From the NCBI GenBank assembly GCA_012800795.1, contig JAAZIQ010000048.1:1279-65278 (forward strand): 64,000 nucleotides of DNA, written 5' to 3'. Shown here one piece after another: positions 57,309 through 64,000 of this stretch; position 1 is the first letter of the stretch; each line of letters opens with the position of its first letter. Under the pieces are notes generated by a model. That model saw only the letters and a program-made list of their open reading frames with translations, searched no databases and was not told the DNA's origin. The stretch is from Bacillota bacterium (GTDB lineage Bacteria; Bacillota; Dethiobacteria; Dethiobacterales; Dethiobacteraceae). The position numbers were made by a program, and so were the translations under genes.

Positions 57309-58010
57309 TTATTTTATCCCTATATGTAATGCTATGATGCCGCCGCAAAATGAATAAACCTGCACCCATTTAAAGCCAACTGAGGTAAAGAGATCGGCCA
57401 ACCGTTCTTTATCTGGAAAATGCAGCGTAGATTTCTGCAGCCAAGAATAGGCCTGGTAATTATTTGTCAAAATTTTTCCCAACAAAGGCATCACATAACA
57501 AAAATATAACAAGTAAAGTTGTTTAAATACAGGAATAGTAGGCAGAGACATATCCAAACAAACAGCCTGCCCTGCAGGTTTTAAAACCCGGTACATTTCC
57601 TGCAGCACTTGACGATAATTTGTGGTGTTGCGAAGGCCAAAACCAATGGTCACAATATCAAAAAAATCATTATTAAACGGTATTTGCAGCGCATTACCTA
57701 AATAAAGTTTAACATTGTGCAGTTGTGACCTTTTTATTTTTTCTCTACAGTGGGCCAACATTGACGGGCTAAAATCCAGGGCAAAGACTTTACCTTTCTC
57801 TTCTATCCTTTTGGCTAAAAGTACAGTCCAGTCCCCTGTTCCGCAGCATAAATCAAGGATATAATCATCCTGTTTAAAATTAATATAAGTTAAACTCTTT
57901 TTACGCCAAGTCTGATGTTGTTTAAAACTAATAACAGCATTCATTTGATCATAGTAATCTGCAATGGATTCGAAAATTTTCCAGACTTGGCTTTCCACAG
58001 GCTGTGACAT
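57309..58010 (-). CDS. menG: Demethylmenaquinone methyltransferase (UbiE/MenG)
   Basis: YDQMN N-terminal motif and SAM motif LDLCCGTGD. Confidence 0.9.
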   Translation of the reverse strand: MSQPVESQVWKIFESIADYYDQMNAVISFKQHQTWRKKSLTYINFKQDDYILDLCCGTGDWTVLLAKRIEEKGKVFALDFSPSMLAHCREKIKRSQLHNVKLYLGNALQIPFNNDFFDIVTIGFGLRNTTNYRQVLQEMYRVLKPAGQAVCLDMSLPTIPVFKQLYLLYFCYVMPLLGKILTNNYQAYSWLQKSTLHFPDKERLADLFTSVGFKWVQVYSFCGGIIALHIGIK

Positions 58011-58270
58011 TTAATCACCCTCTGGTTTGTAAGCAATAAAATTAACTATACCAATAAAAGTAATTTTTTGCAGGAAATATTCACCATAAACAGAAATCAG
58101 GTAATGGAAATAACATTAAATTGTTATAGCTATCGCTTTTATTTTTACATATTTAAGGCGTTCTTACCCTAGGCAGTATTTTTTACTAATCTTCTGTCAG
58201 TTTCCATTCTTCTGTCTTATAACCGGCTCTTTTATTGCTTTGTAGGTGCCAGTCAAAGGAATGAGTGCTT

Positions 58271-59719
58271 ATGAAAATTTTATTCAAAAATATTAATCTC
58301 TCAGCACTATCTTTGGGTATCCGCGAAAAAATAGTAGGTATGTGGCTAATAATTGTCATCGTCATGGGCATTTGGTTCGCTTGGCAATCGGAATATCTTA
58401 CCCACCGTGTAATGGTCAATGATTTACAAGCCAACGGCATTTTACTTGCCCGCAATGTAGCAGCCTACTGCGCTGAAGCCATTTCCGTACAAAACTTTCA
58501 CACTTTGCCGCAAATATTAGCAGATACAATGGAAAACAATACGGACCTTGCTTATATATATCTTTTTGATTCAGAAAAAAATATAATCCATCACACTCAT
58601 GCAACCGACTGCCCTCCATTAGAACTCCCCGATTTCCCAACCATAAGCACGGAAAACTGTTTTAACACAAAAACTTTCAAAATAAATTCTAACAGAATTC
58701 ACGACATAATCGTTCCCATTTCTAACTTTGGTTGGGTACGCTTGGGAATAACAGAAATTAGTCTGGGAAAACAATTGTCACAAACTCGCCGTACAGTGGC
58801 ATTAACTATTTTAGGCATAGTCACATTAGGCTGCCTTGCCACAATTCTCTATACCAATAAATTGCTGCAGCCACTTCAGGAATTAATTGCTGCTACCCGA
58901 TCTTTAACTGCCGGTGATTTTAGCGTTAGGGTAGCTGTACGCAGCCAAGACGAAATAGGACAATTGGCAGCATCCTTTAATTCAATGGCAGAAAAATTAG
59001 ATTCTTACAAACTCATCAATATCAAAAATCAGACCGAATTAGCTCGAACGGAAAAAATGCGGATAGAATTAGTAAAACATCTAATCACAGCACAAGAAGA
59101 AGAGCGTAAGCGCATTGCCAGAGAATTACATGATGAAACCTCCCAATCTCTGACAGCTTTGAAACTAGGCTTAAAAACAATAGAAGAAGCCACATCAATA
59201 TCAGAGATTAAAAATATTAGTAAAGATTTACGGCAAATGCTGGGGGCTACTTTGGCAGAGATAACGTCCATTTCGCGTAATTTGCGCCCCAGTGTTTTGG
59301 ATGATATGGGATTACACGCTGCCTTAGTCCGCTTTATTGAAGAAACCTCCAAGCGTATCGAACAGAAGATAGTTTTTAAGAGTGAAGGTTTAAATATTCA
59401 TAGATTTCCTTTCTATATTGAAACGGCAGTGTATCGTATTATCCAGGAAGCAGTAACTAATAGTATAAAGCATGCCGGAGCAACAAATATTTTTATTAGT
59501 GTGAACTACGATGGAAATAATTTGATTGGAATTATTCACGATAATGGTGTCGGGTTTAAACCTGATCTAGTATTAGATGGCAGCGAGCCGCAAAAAGGCT
59601 TAGGTTTGTTTGGCATGCAGGAACGAGCTGCCTTTATTGGAGGTTCTCTCACCATTGATTCTGATCTTGGTCAGGGTACAACCATTACCGTCACTGTGCC
59701 AAATGTTAAACAAGTATAA
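58271..59719 (+). CDS. Sensor histidine kinase, HisKA_3 (NarX/LiaS-type) with HAMP
   Basis: Two TM helices flank a sensor domain of about 150 aa, then HAMP, the H-box HDETSQSL and HATPase_c. No response regulator gene is adjacent. Confidence 0.9.
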   Translation: MKILFKNINLSALSLGIREKIVGMWLIIVIVMGIWFAWQSEYLTHRVMVNDLQANGILLARNVAAYCAEAISVQNFHTLPQILADTMENNTDLAYIYLFDSEKNIIHHTHATDCPPLELPDFPTISTENCFNTKTFKINSNRIHDIIVPISNFGWVRLGITEISLGKQLSQTRRTVALTILGIVTLGCLATILYTNKLLQPLQELIAATRSLTAGDFSVRVAVRSQDEIGQLAASFNSMAEKLDSYKLINIKNQTELARTEKMRIELVKHLITAQEEERKRIARELHDETSQSLTALKLGLKTIEEATSISEIKNISKDLRQMLGATLAEITSISRNLRPSVLDDMGLHAALVRFIEETSKRIEQKIVFKSEGLNIHRFPFYIETAVYRIIQEAVTNSIKHAGATNIFISVNYDGNNLIGIIHDNGVGFKPDLVLDGSEPQKGLGLFGMQERAAFIGGSLTIDSDLGQGTTITVTVPNVKQV

Positions 59720-59720
59720 A

Positions 59721-59750
59721 GCAGCCGGCAATTGATTCCGGCTGCTGTTA
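59721..59750. terminator. Bidirectional terminator between the kinase and the fdh operon
   Basis: GCAGCCGG/CCGGCTGC stem. Confidence 0.8.
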
Positions 59751-59753
59751 ATT

Positions 59754-60539
59754 TTATTTAGTCTCTTGACCCGGGGAATTGACTTTTTCGTTTTGACGTT
59801 TATTATCCCAAAGCAATAATGCAACCAGTGCCACGACAAGGATCCGGAGAGGGCGAAAAATTGCATTCCAAATATATGCCGACACAGGAACTTTTGGATT
59901 GTTCGGCAGTCCGTACTTTTCCGGTTCATCTTTTAGAATATACATAACTGCGGTTCCGCCCAGTTCCTCTAAACCATAAATACGGGAATTTGTATAGCCT
60001 TCTGCAATCAGTTGGTTTACCCTTTTATGCGCCAATTCCACCATTTCCGCACGAGTACCAAAATTTATGGCCCCGGTGGGACAAGCTTTGGCACAAGCTG
60101 GAGTTAAACCTATCACCTGCCGGTCAGAGCACAATGTACATTTTTGCGAAACATTTTCCTTTTGGTTGAAAGCCATAACTTTAAAAGTACAGCTGGCGAC
60201 ACAATAGTTGCAGCCAATGCATTTGCGCGGATCTGTTACTACAGCTCCTCTATCTGTATGACTTATGGCCCCGGCGGGACAAACCTTTTCACAAGCAGCA
60301 TCCGTACAATGCATACAACCTTTTTTAGCAAAATACCACTTCATTTCACCGGTCGTTTCATCTTCATGTTCTCGAAATACAACTCTCGTCCATGAATTGG
60401 CGGTAAAGCGAACAGGGTTCTCATAATAACCGGTAAATGTGGTATCTTCAGCAGGAAGTCCGTTCCACTGCTTGCAGGCCACTTGACAGGCACGACAACC
60501 AATACACTTTGATGTATCTATTAATTTTGAAGTTAGCAT
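59754..60539 (-). CDS. Formate dehydrogenase iron-sulfur subunit (FdnH-like) with C-terminal TM anchor
   Basis: Four CxxCxxCxxxC-type clusters and a C-terminal hydrophobic helix LRILVVALVALLLW. Confidence 0.9.
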   Translation of the reverse strand: MLTSKLIDTSKCIGCRACQVACKQWNGLPAEDTTFTGYYENPVRFTANSWTRVVFREHEDETTGEMKWYFAKKGCMHCTDAACEKVCPAGAISHTDRGAVVTDPRKCIGCNYCVASCTFKVMAFNQKENVSQKCTLCSDRQVIGLTPACAKACPTGAINFGTRAEMVELAHKRVNQLIAEGYTNSRIYGLEELGGTAVMYILKDEPEKYGLPNNPKVPVSAYIWNAIFRPLRILVVALVALLLWDNKRQNEKVNSPGQETK

Positions 60540-60542
60540 ATT

Positions 60543-63542
60543 TTAGACCACCTTCCTTATATTGCAGAGAAAGGCCTTGTATTCGGGTATACTTGTATTC
60601 GCATCACCAATGGAAGGCACAAGATCATTGACAATATCTCCTCTGTTTAATCCCATATAGCCCCAGTGAAATGGCATGCCCACTATTTCCCGCAATTCGC
60701 CATTAATCAGAAGCGGTTTTAAGCGTGGTGTAATACAAGCAATGGCGGCAATTTCTTTTTTACGGTAACTGCTGACTAAAACTTTATCTCCATTCTTTAT
60801 ATTTAATTTTTCTGCTAAGGTCGGGCTGATTTCGATAAATAACTCGGGCATTAATTCATTTAGCCAGGGAGTATTTCTGGTCATAATTCCTGACTGCCAG
60901 TGTTCAGTAACACGGTAAGTCGAGATAATATAAGGATAATTGTCATCTCCGGCTTCCGCCAAATGATTTTCATACCAAATTTTTGACACGGGATTAAATT
61001 GGACAGTTGTGGAGAGTAAATTGCGAATGGGACTCTCCGCCGGCTCATAATGCTCTGGGAACGGACCGTCTGCCATGGTATTGGCAAATAGTCTTGCCTG
61101 CTGTTCCGGCAGCATTATAAATGGACTTTGAGCAGTAGCGTCGGGAGGAACATTGGCATTAAAATCAGGCACATCATTGCGCTGCCATGTGGAACCATCC
61201 CACCACATTAAAGGAATTTCAGGATTCCAGGGCTTACCCTGGGGATCAGCAGAGCAACGATTGTATATTATGCGTCTGTTCAACGGCCAAGCAAATGCCC
61301 ATTGGGCATTAGTGCCAATCCCTGTTTCCTCCTTAATACGGCTTTTGCAGGCTGGGTTTGTAGTGTTATTATAATATCCACTGTAAATCCAACAGCCACA
61401 AGCAGTACTGCCATCATCTGCCAGATTGGTAAAGTCCTGTATAAGAGTGCCCGTTCTGGTATCGTAGCCGTTAATTTCCATGGCCACTTTATTGGCATCG
61501 GGCTCCTCTCCATAATCCCAAACCATATTTAAGATTGGATCAGGAAACGGTCCCGGATTTTTTTCATATTCTGCCCGAATAGCTTTGAAAAGGCGATCAA
61601 CAATCCAAAGATCCGTTTTAGCATCACCTAATGGTTCTTGTGCCTGATAACGCCATTGAATCCAGCGGCCGCTGTTAGCAACGGTACCTTCACGCTCATA
61701 TGAAGCAGAAGCAGGCAGTAAAAATACCTCTGTATCAATTTTTGTCGGATCAACCCCCGGCTCTTTCCAAAAAGCAGCTGTTTCATTTTCAAATATATCA
61801 ATAGAAACGAGCCAATCAAGATTTTTTGTATAGTTGCGTTTATCAGAAGCACTGGGTCCGGTTACGGCAGGATTGTCTGCCCAGCAGATCATGCCCTTTA
61901 TTTCACCTTCACCCATATACTTATACATGCCGATATGAGAGCGATCTTTATCGTCTAATTTTGGTAAATAATCATAACAATAATCATTTTCTTTAGTGGC
62001 AGCATCCCCATACCAAGCTTTAAGCATACTGATTAAAAATTTAGGTTTATTAGCCCAGTAGCCGCTGGAGGGGGTTTCCTTTTCCAGGTATGCTGCTAAA
62101 TTTTCATGCTGAGCAGCTTTTGGCATGTTTAAATAGCCTGGCAGGAGATGATAAAGCATAGCCATGTCCGTAGAGCCTTGAACGTTAGCCTGGCCACGCT
62201 GTGCATTCACGCCGCCGCCGGGAATGCCAATGTTGCCGAGCAGCAGCTGCAGGCAAGCAATAGCACGTACATTTTGCGAACCATGCGTAAATTGTGTTAT
62301 ACCCATAGCATAAAGAATATTACCGGCTTTGCCAGCCTGACCAGTACTGGCATACAGCTCGGCCACTGCCTTTAATTTCTCAGACGGGCAGCCCGTAATC
62401 TTGCTAACAGTTTGTAGATCATAACGTTCGTAATGTTTTTTCATTAACTGCAGCACCGATTGAGGATCTTTTGCTGCAGGATCTTTTTTTATGCTGCCGT
62501 CTTCATTTAATTGATAACTCCAAGAGCTTTTATCATAAATAACAACGCGGTCTTCCGCCTCTAGGGCTCCTGAAAACAACCCGTCTTTAAAAGAATAGTC
62601 CGGATTAACAAGATAAGTGGCATTGGTATAGTTTAATACATATTCTTTGTGATAAAGTTCATTTGACAGGATGTAATTGATAATGTAGCCCAAAAAAGCA
62701 ATATTGGTACCCGGCCGTATCGGTGCATATAAATCAGCCACGGCGGCAGTACGGGTGAAACGTGGGTCCACTACTATCAGCTTAGCTCCCCTTTCTGCGC
62801 GGGCACGTTCAATCCATTTCATGGAAATGGGATGGTTTTCCGCCGGGTTACAGCCAAAAGCCATTATCACATCGGAATTTTTATAATCAATCCAGTGGTT
62901 CGTCATTGCACCCCGTCCAAATGTGTTGCCCAGACCGGCAACGGTGGAGGAGTGTCAGAGACGGGCACAGTGGTCAATATTTATAATTCCAAGTGCCCGA
63001 ATCATTTTTTGGTAAAGATAATTCTCTTCATTGGTGCAGGTAGCGCTACCCAAATGAGCAATCGCCCTAGTCCGGTTAACTGTCACCCCATTTTCATCGA
63101 CTCTTTCAAAAGTTGAGTCCCTTGTTTCTTTGATGCGTTTGGCAATTTCCGTTATAGCCCAATCCCAGTCTACTTCCTGCCACTCTGTAGCTCGTTTAGC
63201 CCGATAGAGTACTTTTTTCACGCGTTTCGGGTTTTCAACCGCCTCTCCCTGTTGATTATAAACGTAAGAAAGATTAAAAACCGAACTGCCTTTACTGCAT
63301 AAAGAACCTTCATTGATGGGATGATCGGGATCACCTTCTGCACCTACGACTTTATTATTTTGTACATAGCAGATTATTCCACATCCCACTGAACAATATG
63401 GACAAATTGTAGTAACTTCCTTTGCATATTGCACAGGTACTCCTGCAGCCTCAGCACTGTCGAAAAAGCCAAAGTTGGCTAAAGTAACAGTACCAAGAGC
63501 TACACCTGTAAGTTTAAGAAAATCTCGGCGGGATAATTTCAT
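60543..63542 (-). CDS. Formate dehydrogenase catalytic subunit (FdnG-type), selenocysteine-containing, Tat-exported
   Basis: Track ORFs 62955..63542 and 60543..62906 are in frame across TGA at 62955-62957, giving [27 protein letters not shown]. Tat motif SRRDFLK. Confidence 0.93.
62925..62942 (-). promoter_or_regulatory. SECIS-like hairpin downstream of the UGA
   Basis: GUUGCC-GGUCUG-GGCAAC starts 12 nt 3' of the UGA. The GGUC-containing loop resembles the E. coli fdhF SECIS apex. Confidence 0.7.
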
Positions 63543-63561
63543 TTATTTATTTCACCTCCTA

Positions 63562-64000
63562 TTAGTTTTTTACAGCAACTTCGGTTTCGGTAGAAATATT
63601 ACTTTGCAGCATCGCTTGTGTTTTCTGCTCACCGAATTTTGATCTTTTAGTTAAACGGTCAATTAAGGGAACAAAAGCATTCATTATTAAAATGGCAAAC
63701 GCAACTCCTTCAGTTGGTGCAAGCAAGACGCGGAATATTACCACAATAATGCCGATGCAGACACCAAAAATAATTTGACCTTTTTTTGTTATGGGGCTGG
63801 TAACCCAATCGGTAGCCATGAAGAAAGCACCTAATAACAACCCCCCGCTTAGTAAGTGATAGACAGGATGCTGTCCCAGTAAAGCCATACCAATAAAAAC
63901 GGTAGCCATCATAGAGACGGGTATGTGCCAAGTAATATGTTTTTTGTAAAGTAAATAGGCCCCCCCTAATAGCAAGGCAAAGGCTGATGATTCTGCTATA
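63562..64000 (-). CDS. RnfD/NqrB-like membrane subunit (5' end outside window)
   Basis: FMATDWVTSP motif and a multi-TM sequence. The frame stays open to the window edge. Confidence 0.8.
   Translation of the reverse strand, partial: IAESSAFALLLGGAYLLYKKHITWHIPVSMMATVFIGMALLGQHPVYHLLSGGLLLGAFFMATDWVTSPITKKGQIIFGVCIGIIVVIFRVLLAPTEGVAFAILIMNAFVPLIDRLTKRSKFGEQKTQAMLQSNISTETEVAVKN

Noticed and set aside
1-64000. Searched by eye for CRISPR arrays, tRNA/rRNA genes, transposases, integrases and recognised defence-system genes
   Set aside because: I saw no regularly spaced direct repeats, no tRNA-like GGTTCGA T-arm contexts, no rRNA-like segments and no recombinase, reverse-transcriptase or nuclease-ATPase ORFs. 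A covariance-model scan would be needed to exclude small RNAs.

Overview
The window looks like chromosomal DNA from a spore-forming, anaerobic Firmicute (Clostridia, possibly Peptococcaceae-like; lineage is an inference from gene content). It is mostly core genome in Bacillus-like order: thpR, recA-recX, rny, ymdB, spoVS, dinB, miaB-mutS-mutL-miaA-hfq-spoVK, ynbB-glnA, copA, nth, then divergent lexA and a yneA-like gene, cimA/leuA, glk, ade. Coding-strand bias flips at about 37.5 kb (about 32 of 36 genes on + before it, about 18 of 25 on - after it). At that flip, a 380-bp AT-rich gene-free gap holds a 28-nt sequence matching the Firmicute dif site, so the window probably spans the replication terminus. 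The right half is more accessory: an FHA-SEDS/bPBP/phosphoesterase module, DUF2935, orphan purC, hemolysin III, nitroreductase, a PNPOx-like protein, a URO-D-like protein, GDPD, a DD-carboxypeptidase, PadR-DUF2812-DUF3810, MBL, DegV, a DUF4474-like/Zn-PLC pair, a YlbF-like protein, MenG, an orphan histidine kinase, and a Tat-exported selenocysteine formate dehydrogenase next to an RnfD-like gene. Things the ORF track misses: an in-frame UGA (Sec) with a SECIS-like hairpin that joins two track ORFs, a 59-aa SspH gene, LexA boxes, a CsoR-type operator, a homopolymer frameshift, and two gene relics. Candidate functional modules worth follow-up are two selenium/sulfur-trafficking clusters and several uncharacterised gene pairs. 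I recognised no CRISPR array, tRNA, rRNA, transposase or known defence system. All homology calls come from motif recognition by eye, not database searches.
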